Below are positions 7,465-17,340 of a DNA stretch of 64,000 nt, piece by piece (positions within the stretch are counted from its first letter, which is position 1; the number at the start of each line of letters is the position of its first letter). The translations under genes were made by a program, and so were the position numbers. The notes under the pieces were generated by a model. That model did not search any database. It had not been told where the DNA came from and was given only the letters and a program-made list of their open reading frames with translations. The DNA comes from a virus. Lineage: Duplodnaviria > Caudoviricetes. The stretch lies in IMG/VR virus record IMGVR_UViG_2788500332_000006, positions 1 to 64,000 of that record; one strand, given 5' to 3'.

Positions 7465-10185
7465 TTACCGAAGCCCCCCGTACATGGTTTGCGAGGAGCG
7501 AGTGAGCAGGTGGTTCAACTGCCGGAGGATCGTCATCGCGTCCTCCTCCGTCGCCTTGCCGTGGAGGTGGAAGTGGTTGACCATCGAGACACCACCGAGC
7601 GAGCTGTTCGGCAGGATGGTTCCGCTCCGGCCGGGGACGAACGGTTCCGGCCCTCGCTCGCCGACGAGATAGGTCTTCCCGGCCTGCACAGGGCCGCCAG
7701 AGGCGCGCGGCCCGCCGAACGAGTTGCTGTTCGCCGGCGTGCCCACCGAGGCTCCTGCCCCGCCCAAGGCGTTTCGGAGGGCGTTCGCCTTGCCGAGCGC
7801 CGCGTCGATCGACGAGGAGTCGACTTGCGGGCGGATCTGGAGCTCGTTGAAGCTCCGGAGTCGGGCGTCGAGCGCGTCGAGCTGGCTCTGAAGCGGCTGG
7901 ATCAGGATGTCGGCCATCGCCGGCACCTTGGACTCGTTTCTGATCTTTTCGATCTGGGCCGCTATGTCATCGCGCTGCTGCCGGAGGTAGGCCGCCTCAT
8001 CGCTGTCGGCTGGCGTGTAATACTTGCCGCCGACGACCGCGCCGAGTTCGCGGGCACCCTTGCCGAGCTCGTTGCCGGCGATTGCGCCGGCGCCGGCCGC
8101 CCCGATCCAAGGAACGTACCGAGCGAACATGCCGAGGGCGCCGAGCGAGCCGAGAAGCCCTCCCGATCCACCGGACGTTGCCGCGGCGGCTCCGCCCGTC
8201 AATCGCCCGAACATGCCGTACATCGACCGCATTGCAGCGAAGCCGCCGAGAAGCGCGATGCCAGCGCCCATGGCCTCGATCAAGCGCCTGGTGCTCACAG
8301 ACAGCGCGTTGAATTCGTCGATGAGCGCGTTCGCGCTGTTGATCACCGGCCGGATCGCAACCTCCCAGTCCTGACCAATTGTTGTGAGCGCCGTTTCCAC
8401 GGTGCCGGTCAGCTTGGTGTAGTCGCCGTATAGGCCGGCGTTGGCGATGGTGCCGATTTTGTTCGCAGTCCCCGGCTCGACATGCGACATCATGTCGAGG
8501 AGCTTCTGGAATTGGTCCCACTTCTGCGCGAGGATCTGGGCGCGGGCACCCTGGCGCTCGGTGAAGAACGCGTTCAGCGCACCGGGATTCGGCTTGCTCG
8601 ACATCACGGCATTGAGCAGGCCGACCACGTCGACGCTCTGGGCCGAGTATTTCCAGAAGTCGTCGACCGCCTTGGAAAGAGCCTTCGCGTCCGCAGCGGC
8701 AACCTTGCCTTTCGAGCCGGCGAACAGCGGCGAGACGATATCGGACACCGCTGCGTTGAACTGGCCGGGATCCGAGGCGATCGGCATCTCGTTGCCATTC
8801 TCGTCGGTGAAGACGCCGTTTTCGAACAGGTCGGCGATGGCCTCTCGCATGTCGGCGGTGAGCCGCTTGCCGAACTTGGTCGAGATCGTGGTCTCGAGTC
8901 CCCTGACGCTCATCGCGTCCGGCATGGTGACATACTTGTTGTAGTCGATGCCCATGGACGCGAGGGCTGTCCGGCCCTTGCTCGTCGGCGCCACCAGCTT
9001 GGCGGCGGCCGTGCGCGCGAACACGCCGGCCTCGTCGCCGCGTAGGCCCGCCTGCCGGAGCACCATGCCGATCGCCGCCGCGTAGGTGTCGGGAAGACCG
9101 GCCGTCGTCGTCGCCGCGCCGCTATACTTCATGTATTGAGCGACGTCGTCATTGGTCATGCCGGAGTTCTTCGCCATCTTCACGAGGAAGTCGACGAAGG
9201 TCGTCACCGCCTGAGCGTCGGTGAGATTCACCCGCTTCGACAGGGCCGAGCCACGGATGGTTTCTGCCGCCTCATCCAACGACGTGCCCATGGCGAGCGC
9301 GTAGTCGGTGATCGGCCCCATCAGGTTGAGGATCTGGTCGGCGTTGCGAATGCCGGCCTGCAACACGAGGGTCTGCGCCCTGACGACGTCGACGTTCGAG
9401 AAGCGAGTGTCGCCGCCGATCTTCTTTGCTTGGGCATTCAGCCGGGAGATATCGGACTCGTTGAGGTCGGGCTGGCCGAGGGCGCGCTGGAAGGCCGTCG
9501 CCTCGTCAAAGTTCACCGCCTCGCTGAAGGCTCGCTGGGCTATGTTGCGTCCGGTGTTCGCGACATATCCACCGACGATCATGTCGACGGCATCGCCGGC
9601 GGGGGACCTATAGCCCCCATGGTCAGCCGGCGCCGCTGGCCGGCGCCCGCCCGGCACCGGCGTCGGTTTGCGAGCCTCCCTGTCGAGGCGACGCATCTGC
9701 CGGATGGTCTGGGCGATCTGGTTCCTGATCGCCTTCTGGGAAGCGCTGATCGCCTCGCGGCCATTGATGCCGTAGGTGCGCAGCGCCCTCTCGGCGGTGC
9801 GGACGGCCTGCCCCTGCTCCATGAAGGCTTTGCGCGTCTGCTGTAGAGCCGATCGCGCATTATCCAGGTCGCGCTTCATCTGCGCGGTTGGCTTGGTCGC
9901 CAACTTGAACGCCGCCTCCATGCGGGCAACGTTCGAGGTCGCGAGCTTGAACTCTTGCGAGAGTTCCTTCAGCCCGCGGCGGCTGTCGGTGAATGCCTTG
10001 ATGGCACTCGATTTGCTCTTGAGGGACTCGAGCTGCCGGACCAGCCTCTGGATTTCGGGCGCCTTGCTCTTGCCGAAGGACGCGAGCGCCTTCTCGATCG
10101 CCGACACCGTCTTGACGACGCCCTTGCCGGGCTTGCTGAAGGCGTCGATCAGCTGCAGGCGCAGCGTTGCAGTGCGCGAGGCCAT
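7465..10185 (-). CDS. Tail tape measure protein
   Basis: 906 aa Ala-rich helical; C-terminal RASGGPV..YLVGERGPE. Confidence 0.93.
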   Translation of the reverse strand: MASRTATLRLQLIDAFSKPGKGVVKTVSAIEKALASFGKSKAPEIQRLVRQLESLKSKSSAIKAFTDSRRGLKELSQEFKLATSNVARMEAAFKLATKPTAQMKRDLDNARSALQQTRKAFMEQGQAVRTAERALRTYGINGREAISASQKAIRNQIAQTIRQMRRLDREARKPTPVPGGRRPAAPADHGGYRSPAGDAVDMIVGGYVANTGRNIAQRAFSEAVNFDEATAFQRALGQPDLNESDISRLNAQAKKIGGDTRFSNVDVVRAQTLVLQAGIRNADQILNLMGPITDYALAMGTSLDEAAETIRGSALSKRVNLTDAQAVTTFVDFLVKMAKNSGMTNDDVAQYMKYSGAATTTAGLPDTYAAAIGMVLRQAGLRGDEAGVFARTAAAKLVAPTSKGRTALASMGIDYNKYVTMPDAMSVRGLETTISTKFGKRLTADMREAIADLFENGVFTDENGNEMPIASDPGQFNAAVSDIVSPLFAGSKGKVAAADAKALSKAVDDFWKYSAQSVDVVGLLNAVMSSKPNPGALNAFFTERQGARAQILAQKWDQFQKLLDMMSHVEPGTANKIGTIANAGLYGDYTKLTGTVETALTTIGQDWEVAIRPVINSANALIDEFNALSVSTRRLIEAMGAGIALLGGFAAMRSMYGMFGRLTGGAAAATSGGSGGLLGSLGALGMFARYVPWIGAAGAGAIAGNELGKGARELGAVVGGKYYTPADSDEAAYLRQQRDDIAAQIEKIRNESKVPAMADILIQPLQSQLDALDARLRSFNELQIRPQVDSSSIDAALGKANALRNALGGAGASVGTPANSNSFGGPRASGGPVQAGKTYLVGERGPEPFVPGRSGTILPNSSLGGVSMVNHFHLHGKATEEDAMTILRQLNHLLTRSSQTMYGGLR

Positions 10186-10192
10186 AAGTCAC

Positions 10193-10380
10193 CTACCAGT
10201 GTTGAGCTTCCTCCCAGAGGTCAGCAAGCTCCGGGAACGTCATGCCGAGGATGGTTTCGAAGCTGATGCCGCCGGCAGACGCCCCCATCACTTTGAAGGC
10301 GAGTTCCTTCCACCGGTCGATGGTCAGGGCGACGGGGAGCTCTCGTCCTCGGGTGCGGACGAAGACTCGCCGAAAAAACC
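10193..10380 (-). CDS. Frameshift extension of the tail chaperone (GpE'-like)
   Basis: -1 frame after GGTTTTTTC ends ILGMTFPELADLWEEA. Confidence 0.7.
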
Positions 10381-10740
10381 GTCTTGAGCCGCGTCGACCT
10401 TCAGGCCGTCCTTGGTGTCGAGGGCGTTGTAGACCACGGCCGGGACAGACACCCACGGCTGGTCGACATCATCGTCGGCTCCGAGGCCACGCTCCGCGAC
10501 CGCATCCGCGCAGTCCCGGAGATACTGCCGCCACTCCGCCAGTTGCGGACGCCGGATGACAACCTCCTTGTAGACGACGCCGTTGTAGGTCATCGGCCAG
10601 TCCAGCGGGACGGTTATCGACCGCGGCTTTCCGTTGTCGACGAACGCCGGCGGCGCGGGCCGGGCGGCTTCGGCCGCCTTCTTGGCCTCAATGGCTTCGA
10701 TCTCTTCGCGGCTGAGCGCCTTGGTCACATTGCCGGTCAT
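10324..10740 (-). CDS. Tail assembly chaperone (GpE-like)
   Basis: Between tube and tape measure; VPLDWP, IRRP, GFF slippery end. Confidence 0.85.
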   Translation of the reverse strand: MTGNVTKALSREEIEAIEAKKAAEAARPAPPAFVDNGKPRSITVPLDWPMTYNGVVYKEVVIRRPQLAEWRQYLRDCADAVAERGLGADDDVDQPWVSVPAVVYNALDTKDGLKVDAAQDGFFGESSSAPEDESSPSP

Positions 10741-10748
10741 GGCGCACC

Positions 10749-11258
10749 TCAATAGCCGAGAGCAGCGTTGACGCCGGCGAGCTGGTCAACGCCATAGACG
10801 ATGCGCTTGGGCGGCCAGGCCTGCAGCTCGTGGATCACCTCGCCGTCAGCCTCGTAGCGGAAGTAGCGCAGGTTGTTGATCTTCCAGTTGAAGCCGGACT
10901 TCTCGCCGCGGTTCCAGGAATCGCGGCTGTCGCCGTTCGCCGAACCTTCGACGACGACCACATGCGAGGCAATCGTTCCGTCGTCGTCGGACTGGACGGC
11001 GCCACGGAACTGGAAGCTCTCGCGGTTACCGGGACCCTGTGCGCACAGACGCTGGATTTTCACGTTGTGGCCGGCCTGCTTGACGGTGACCTCCATTGCC
11101 TCGATCGCCAGCATCGGCAGGTCGACGGCGAGATCCATACCGCCGCCGCGATAGGTCTGCGTCGTCGGGACCGGGATCGGCAGGGTGATTTCCTCGGTGT
11201 CGTAACCGAAGTCCTCACTGTTGATGTACATGGTGAAGCCCTGAAGGATATCGCGCAT
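10749..11258 (-). CDS. Major tail tube protein (P2 FII-like)
   Basis: YRGGGM, FRGAVQ, GVDQLA...ALG. Confidence 0.92.
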   Translation of the reverse strand: MRDILQGFTMYINSEDFGYDTEEITLPIPVPTTQTYRGGGMDLAVDLPMLAIEAMEVTVKQAGHNVKIQRLCAQGPGNRESFQFRGAVQSDDDGTIASHVVVVEGSANGDSRDSWNRGEKSGFNWKINNLRYFRYEADGEVIHELQAWPPKRIVYGVDQLAGVNAALGY

Positions 11259-11316
11259 CGGCGTCCTCTCCGTTGAAGGGGATCAAGCCCCGGCTCGGAA
11301 GCCGGGGCGAGGTCGA

Positions 11317-12783
11317 TTAGCTGCTGATGGCCGCGGAGGTCAGGCGCGCGATTTCCTTCACGGCATTGGCCGCGAGGGTGTCGTAGTAGCCAGTGTTGCG
11401 GCTGAAGACGAAGGTGATGTGCTCGATCGGAGCCGGCGCCTCGGCATCGTAGTTGATGTAGAGGTGGCCGTTGACCCAGGTCTCGGCGGTGTTGAGGTCG
11501 GGGTCGAGCCAGACACGGCCGCCGAGGGTCGCACCGAGCCCGGCCCACCGGCGGAGACCACGATTCACGGTCTCGGCGATGTCGACCAGGTTCTGAAGGC
11601 CGAAGGGCTTATCGATGTACGGCTCGCAGGCGAGCTCGACCGAGTCGATGATGGTGTCGTGGGCGCGGCGAACCGACCAGAACTGCTTGAGCGAGTCCGA
11701 CGACGGAACGCGGGAGCCCCAGAGCTTGAAGCCACCAGACGGCGAGCGGACGACACAGGCGACCTGGTTCTTGTTGAGCCGCTGCGATTCCACCGAGGCG
11801 TCGTTGATCGAATGCTCGATCGCCCGGCTGGTGCCGACGACGCCCTGCACGACGTGGTTCGAGGGCGAGACCCAGAACCCTTCGGTGTAGTCGACGTTCG
11901 CCTGAAGGCCGGCGATCCGCGCCTCCGGCGGCTGGTTAACGACCTCGCTGTCCTTGTAGACCTTCACCATCGGCTCAACGATGAGCATCCGGTCGGAGTC
12001 GTAGTCGTTGCGGTCGGCGATGGCGGCGGCGTAGGTCGTGGCCGGTGCCGCCTTGATCACGCCGGCTCGGAACTTCCTGGCAAGGATCAGCAGCTCGACG
12101 GCGACGGGGTTCGCCGCCGCGCCGATCGTGGCCGTGGCAGTGGCCTGCGTGGTCGCGCCGCCGCCGGTGAGCGTAACGGTCGCGGTCGTGAAGCCGACGC
12201 CCGGGTTGTCCACCTTGATCGCCGTGACCTTGCCGGTGCTGCTGTCGATGACCGCTGTCGCCTTGGCGCCATGACCGTCGCCGGTGATCGCCACATCCGG
12301 AACGGAGGTGTAGCCCACGCCCCCAGTGCCGCCGACGGCGATGGACGCAATCCCAGTCGACGGCCGCTGCGAAGTGAAGCCCGGCGCGATGAGCAGCTTC
12401 GGCTTCAGGTTCAGCGTGGTCGGCGCATCAAGGAGCGCGTACATGCCGGTGCGCGTCGCCTGGTCGCCGATGATGTTGCCCATCGTCTCCCAGACGTCCT
12501 CGCCCTCCTCGACGCGAACCAGAACGATGGTCTGCGACACCTTCGACGACTGGTCGAAAATGCCGTCGAGGGCGTCGTAAAGCGTGCCGGTGTGGCCGAG
12601 AGTCGTCCGGTCAGCACCGGAACCGAGCACGGCAATGGCGGTGTCGAGCGGCCAATCAGTTTCGTTGGCGTCCGGTGCAGTGCCGATCAAGGCGATCACG
12701 CCGGTGTCGATGGTGGTCGCAGCGCGAGGGCTGCTGTCCTCCTCGGTAGTCTCGATACCGTGAAGATAGATGTCGGTCGCCAT
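11317..12783 (-). CDS. Tail sheath protein (P2 FI-like)
   Basis: YLHGIE, IGTAP, P.LLIAPGF, GFWVSPSN, LWGSR, SVRR. Confidence 0.95.
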   Translation of the reverse strand: MATDIYLHGIETTEEDSSPRAATTIDTGVIALIGTAPDANETDWPLDTAIAVLGSGADRTTLGHTGTLYDALDGIFDQSSKVSQTIVLVRVEEGEDVWETMGNIIGDQATRTGMYALLDAPTTLNLKPKLLIAPGFTSQRPSTGIASIAVGGTGGVGYTSVPDVAITGDGHGAKATAVIDSSTGKVTAIKVDNPGVGFTTATVTLTGGGATTQATATATIGAAANPVAVELLILARKFRAGVIKAAPATTYAAAIADRNDYDSDRMLIVEPMVKVYKDSEVVNQPPEARIAGLQANVDYTEGFWVSPSNHVVQGVVGTSRAIEHSINDASVESQRLNKNQVACVVRSPSGGFKLWGSRVPSSDSLKQFWSVRRAHDTIIDSVELACEPYIDKPFGLQNLVDIAETVNRGLRRWAGLGATLGGRVWLDPDLNTAETWVNGHLYINYDAEAPAPIEHITFVFSRNTGYYDTLAANAVKEIARLTSAAISS

Positions 12784-12808
12784 GCCAAGGTTCTCCTGAG
12801 CGGGCATG

Positions 12809-12833
12809 AAAAAACCCGCCTCAGAGGGCGGGT
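12809..12833 (-). terminator. Intrinsic terminator between fibre genes and sheath
   Basis: ACCCGCC/GGCGGGT hairpin plus T-run. Confidence 0.7.
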
Positions 12834-12861
12834 CGGAACGGTCGGGAATGCTGGCGAGATT

Positions 12862-13416
12862 TCAGCCGGGCCAGCCGGTAATTTCGTCGATCGCCGCGAG
12901 CTCGACTTCATCGACAGCAGCGAGAGCTGCATCCTTCAGATTGCGGCGGCGTTGGATGATGGTGGCGTAGAAGTTGCCCACCGAGGCCGCCAGCGCCAGG
13001 CCGGCGGCAGGCGTGGCGAGCGGGATGCGGGTGTTCTCTACCGAAATCCATCCCTGCGAATATGAGTCCGGCCAAGAAATCGAGCCGGCGGCAGCGGCAA
13101 TCGCTGTCGACGCCATGGCGGTGAGATCGGCCCGGCTTCCGTCGTCAAGGGCGACATGCAGGCCGGAGTCGACCGGCGCGCCGGCGGAGAGCAGCGCATC
13201 GGCAGCGGCCGTGATGGCGGCGATCTTGGCGGCGCGAAGATCCTCAAGGGAGGGCTCCGGTTCAGCCGGCGCGGTCCAATTCGATCCGTCGAAGGTCCAG
13301 CCAATACCCGCTTCATCGGGGCCGAAAACAGCCCCGAACTCTGCGGGGTCGGCGTCATCCTCCAGGACGATGGCGTTCACCACGACACCCTCATGGATCA
13401 CATAAGCAGTCTTCAT
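12862..13416 (-). CDS. Tail fibre assembly protein (DUF4376-like)
   Basis: G.VVN.IV, IGW.FDG..W, LRAAKIAAI, C-terminal I.GWP; follows tail fibre. Confidence 0.75.
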   Translation of the reverse strand: MKTAYVIHEGVVVNAIVLEDDADPAEFGAVFGPDEAGIGWTFDGSNWTAPAEPEPSLEDLRAAKIAAITAAADALLSAGAPVDSGLHVALDDGSRADLTAMASTAIAAAAGSISWPDSYSQGWISVENTRIPLATPAAGLALAASVGNFYATIIQRRRNLKDAALAAVDEVELAAIDEITGWPG

Positions 13417-14891
13417 CAGCCGAACTCCACGATCACGGCGCGACCGACATAGCCGGGGAGCCCGGGGTTGCCACCAGTGCGCCCGTTGCCACCGTGGCCG
13501 GTATAGACGCCAAGCAGCACGTCTACGGCGATAGCACCAACGCCTTCGCCCGAGGAGTTGCCTTGGGTTCCCGAAGCACCATAGCGCCCATGCGTCATGG
13601 TGGGACCCGGAGTCCCACCAGCACCGCCACCACCAGTGCTACCTGATCCACCACCACCGCCACCGCCAGCTTCGTAGACAACAACGCCGTCTTTAACTAA
13701 CTGGGTAGCTCCACCGCTTCCGCCGCCGCCGCCATTCGGTCCAGCGTTGCCACCAGCACCGACGACCACGGAGTACGAGGAGCCATCAACGAGTTCATGC
13801 CAGCCCTCGGCATAGGCGCCAGCGCCACCACCACCACCGTGGTTGGAACCGGCAGCTCCTCCACCCCCACCGCCGCCCCCTTGGAACAGCATCTGGATGA
13901 CCTTGGTGCCGGCCGTGGGGGTATAGGCGCCCGAAGCCGTGAAGAGCCGGATGCCTCGAATCTTGAGACCCGCCGGGGGCGTGAGTGCCGCGACCGCTGC
14001 CGCAAGCTTTTCCGGGCTGATGGGCCCCTCTTTCGCCGATACACCGGCTAACCAGGTGTCTAGAGTAATCTGCCGGTATCCCCGATCCAGCACGCGCCAG
14101 CCGGCGTTGTAGCATCCCAGCTTCATCGACATGCCTGGAAGTAAGCCCACGTTGGCAACGGCTCCGCCGTCATCAATGGTCTCTTCCTGGGGGAGGACAG
14201 TCACCGTGGTGCTGCCGATGTTGTCCAGATAGAGGACGGCCTTACCGTCAAAAGCCGGAAGGGTTAGGTTGAATGGCGCCCCACCAGAGCAGCGAATGGT
14301 GAGACCGAAGTCGGCTGATGTCAGTGCCGTGGCGGCGGATACTGTACGGCTGTCACCAAGGTACTTTTTCTCGCCCTGCACGAAGGCCGTAGTGGCCAGG
14401 CTGGTGTCGTTATCCTTTACCCCCGGGGTTGGTGCGGTCGGGTTGTCCGTGAACGCCGGCGATGCGAGGGGGGCCTTGGCCGCAAGCGCAGGCATTATCT
14501 CGTCGCCGAGGGCAGCGATCGTTGCGTCCACATAAGCGATGTTGGCCTTGAGAGCGAGCGCTGCCGATAGTCCCGCCACGTTGGACATGTTGACGCCGCC
14601 GGACACGATAGTGGCAATGGCATCCTCGGCGGTTGCCACGTCGGCCTTGAGCTGGTTGATGACGCCAGTGAGCACGGCCAACTGAGGCTCGATATTGGCC
14701 TGGATCACCGCGAGTGCCTGACCGGTGCCTTCGTTGATCAGCTCTTCCCAGTCCGCCTTGACCGCCTCGAGCGCCCGGATGCGAGCGCCGATCGACAACA
14801 TCGCCGCGTCCCAGAACGCCTTGTTGAGGTAGGCGTCGAGCGGGGCGGCGTAGTCGTCGTCAGGCGACGGCAGCGATGCTGAGGACGACAT
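13416..14891 (-). CDS. Tail fibre protein with C-terminal glycine-rich domain
   Basis: KAPLASPAFT.NPTAPTP..DNDTSLATTAFVQ motif; GGGGGGG tracts. Confidence 0.88.
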   Translation of the reverse strand: MSSSASLPSPDDDYAAPLDAYLNKAFWDAAMLSIGARIRALEAVKADWEELINEGTGQALAVIQANIEPQLAVLTGVINQLKADVATAEDAIATIVSGGVNMSNVAGLSAALALKANIAYVDATIAALGDEIMPALAAKAPLASPAFTDNPTAPTPGVKDNDTSLATTAFVQGEKKYLGDSRTVSAATALTSADFGLTIRCSGGAPFNLTLPAFDGKAVLYLDNIGSTTVTVLPQEETIDDGGAVANVGLLPGMSMKLGCYNAGWRVLDRGYRQITLDTWLAGVSAKEGPISPEKLAAAVAALTPPAGLKIRGIRLFTASGAYTPTAGTKVIQMLFQGGGGGGGGAAGSNHGGGGGAGAYAEGWHELVDGSSYSVVVGAGGNAGPNGGGGGSGGATQLVKDGVVVYEAGGGGGGGSGSTGGGGAGGTPGPTMTHGRYGASGTQGNSSGEGVGAIAVDVLLGVYTGHGGNGRTGGNPGLPGYVGRAVIVEFG

Positions 14892-15057
14892 CGGGCGTCT
14901 CCGTGATCAGGGTTTTGAGGATGTCGCCGCGCAGCGTGATGTCGCCGCGCGGCCGGAGCTTGATGCCCGCCACCGTCACCGGCCGGGCGATCACGATCCG
15001 GTAGTCGGCTTCCGCGTCGATGGCGGCGGCGTCGATGGGGCTGGTCTGGTCGGTCAT
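14860..15057 (-). CDS. Small baseplate/tail-associated protein
   Basis: 65 aa with GAGG RBS in the tail operon. Confidence 0.7.
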   Translation of the reverse strand: MTDQTSPIDAAAIDAEADYRIVIARPVTVAGIKLRPRGDITLRGDILKTLITETPDVVLSIAAVA

Positions 15058-15072
15058 GTCACCCTCGGATGG

Positions 15073-17328
15073 TCACAACGCGTACATCGCGATGTTGTCG
15101 ATGAACGGCAGGTCGGTGACCTCGCTCGACGCCATGTCGAAGCGCGCCCGCGCCGAGGTGGTCGACGGCACGGTGAAGGTCGCCGAGATGGTCCGCTTCT
15201 TTTCGTTGATGAGGTCCGGCGTCACAATCGTGGCCGCCGGCGTGTAGACGGTGCTGCCGACCACAAGCTTGGGCGCGGCGGTGTGCTTGGCCCCGTCCCA
15301 CTGGTCGATCACCGTGTCGAGCTGGATCGACGTGGTGGAGACGCCGAAATCATGCTGGACGCTTACCGCCTGCATGTCGCCGCGCGGCCGGAAGGTCATC
15401 ACCCGAGCGTTGGCGTCCATCACGATGGCCGGCTGCAGATCCGTCGTACCGGTGAACACGGCCCGCAGACGGGTCAGCGCCGGCAGTCCGGCAAGCCAGG
15501 CTGTGTCGATGGCGGTGTCGACGGTCACCGGCAGCCACTCGTCGTTGTCGGCCGGCATGATCTCCCAGGTGAGCGCCGTGCCGCCCGGTGCCCAGCCGGC
15601 GTGCAGGATGCGGATGTCCGTCATCCCGTTCTCAAGGGTCGCCGACTGCATCTCCACCACCGTGCGGGTGGCCGAGAACTTGGCGCCGTAGAGCCGCATG
15701 GCGAAATCGGTCTCGGGGTCGCCCTGCGCCCACACACCGTCTGTGCAATAGAACAGGCTGCCCTGCGCGTACTTGTTGCCGGTAACCGTCTCCAGCGCGT
15801 GATTGCCGGTCGTGACCGTGAACCAGGCGTAGCGCTTGCCGCTCTCCAGCAAGGTCGGCGTTAGGTCGAACTTGGCCCAGCCGGTGGCAAGCTGCGCGGC
15901 GGTGAGCGTCGTAGACGCGATGACGCTGATGATCTTCGGCTGGCCAGAGCTGTCGCACTCGCAGATGAAGAGATGAACATCGCCGTCCGAGCCGACGCGT
16001 GTGAAGCTGAGGTCAAGCCCAGTCAGCACCATGGGCTGCGCGCACAGCCAGGTCTCGCCGTAGATAGAGCCGTTGACGCCCACTTCGTCCGTCACATAGT
16101 CCCAATAGGTCTCCTCGACAGTTCGGACCGTGACGTTTTGGAAAGAATAGCTCTTGTGGCCTTTCGTGCTCCCGGTGATCCCGGTGATCACGAAGGTCTC
16201 ACCGTCCTTCGTGAAGGTCGCCCCGACGGAGAGGTTGCCGAGGAAGGACCACCCGGAAGCGTTCTCGCACTTCGTGGTAGTGGCGCCGTACTCGGTCACG
16301 GTGCGCGACAGCGTCTTCTGAATCGCCGTCGTCACCGTGTGGGTGAGCTGAGAGATGTTCTTGCTGCCGCCGTCGCCTTCCACCTCGAGGCGAACGACTT
16401 CCTCCCACGCCGGCAGGATCAGGGTGCCGGAGGCGCGGATCGCGCTCGAGGATGCGTCGAGCAGGGCCATCTGCATGTCGCGCTGCGACGCCCAAGCAAA
16501 GCGGACGCCCTCGCGAATGCGAGCCAGCCAGGACGCGTTGGCCGTGTCCCACTCGTCGGTGAGCAGGCCGTTGTCGTACCAGTAGGCGCGCGCCTCGTCC
16601 GGCATGGCGATCTCGCGCCGGATCTGCGCAAGGTCGCGCTGCATCTGGCGGACCACCACAGGGTTCGGGATGTCGTTGAGCCGCGAGGCGATGTTGGAGA
16701 TGTCGGTCTCGATCGACGACACGCGCGCCACGGCGGCGTCCATCTCGTTTTCGACGACGGTGAGCCGACCTTCGACCTCGGCCAGCGTCTTGACCCGCGA
16801 CGCTTGCTCCATCTCGACGGCGACGATGCCGGTGGTCGAGAGCTCGACATAGGCGACGCAACACTCGGTGGAGGCGACCGTCGGCTTGACCGGCGTCGGC
16901 GAGCTGAGGCCTTGCTGGATCACCACCTCGACGCTGCGGATATTGGTCTTCGGCACCGTCTGCATGACGGTGTCGCCGGTGTCGGCGTCGGTCTCGATCT
17001 CCCGGCTTTCGGTCTCCGTCGTCTCGGTGCCGCGCAGCAGCAGGGCCACGTAGCGATGATCGCCGGTCACCAACGGCAAGTAGACTTGGAGGTTGACGAC
17101 GATTGGATCGTCGTTGCCATAAACCTTCTCGTCGACGAATAGGTAGCCCGGATTGAGCGTCACCTCGACGGCCGAGGACTGGGCGATCGAATAGCCAGCC
17201 CAGTGATGAGCGTAAGCGATGGAGCCGCCGACGATCGCCTCGCCGCCCTCGCGGGAATACTGGCTGATCGCGTCGAAATCTGCCGGCTCGGAGACTTCGG
17301 CTTCGGTGAATTCCACCGTCTTGAGCAT
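15073..17328 (-). CDS. Large baseplate/tail structural protein (DUF4815-like)
   Basis: 751 aa after the GpI-like gene; phage-like codon usage. Confidence 0.7.
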   Translation of the reverse strand: MLKTVEFTEAEVSEPADFDAISQYSREGGEAIVGGSIAYAHHWAGYSIAQSSAVEVTLNPGYLFVDEKVYGNDDPIVVNLQVYLPLVTGDHRYVALLLRGTETTETESREIETDADTGDTVMQTVPKTNIRSVEVVIQQGLSSPTPVKPTVASTECCVAYVELSTTGIVAVEMEQASRVKTLAEVEGRLTVVENEMDAAVARVSSIETDISNIASRLNDIPNPVVVRQMQRDLAQIRREIAMPDEARAYWYDNGLLTDEWDTANASWLARIREGVRFAWASQRDMQMALLDASSSAIRASGTLILPAWEEVVRLEVEGDGGSKNISQLTHTVTTAIQKTLSRTVTEYGATTTKCENASGWSFLGNLSVGATFTKDGETFVITGITGSTKGHKSYSFQNVTVRTVEETYWDYVTDEVGVNGSIYGETWLCAQPMVLTGLDLSFTRVGSDGDVHLFICECDSSGQPKIISVIASTTLTAAQLATGWAKFDLTPTLLESGKRYAWFTVTTGNHALETVTGNKYAQGSLFYCTDGVWAQGDPETDFAMRLYGAKFSATRTVVEMQSATLENGMTDIRILHAGWAPGGTALTWEIMPADNDEWLPVTVDTAIDTAWLAGLPALTRLRAVFTGTTDLQPAIVMDANARVMTFRPRGDMQAVSVQHDFGVSTTSIQLDTVIDQWDGAKHTAAPKLVVGSTVYTPAATIVTPDLINEKKRTISATFTVPSTTSARARFDMASSEVTDLPFIDNIAMYAL

Positions 17329-17340
17329 GGTGTTCCTCGA

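Noticed and set aside
11287-11308. Strong hairpin between sheath and tube genes as a terminator
   Set aside because: No U-tract on the coding strand; more likely an mRNA-stability hairpin.
3718-14891. Diversity-generating retroelement or invertible fibre cassette
   Set aside because: No reverse transcriptase, invertase or duplicated template region seen in the window.
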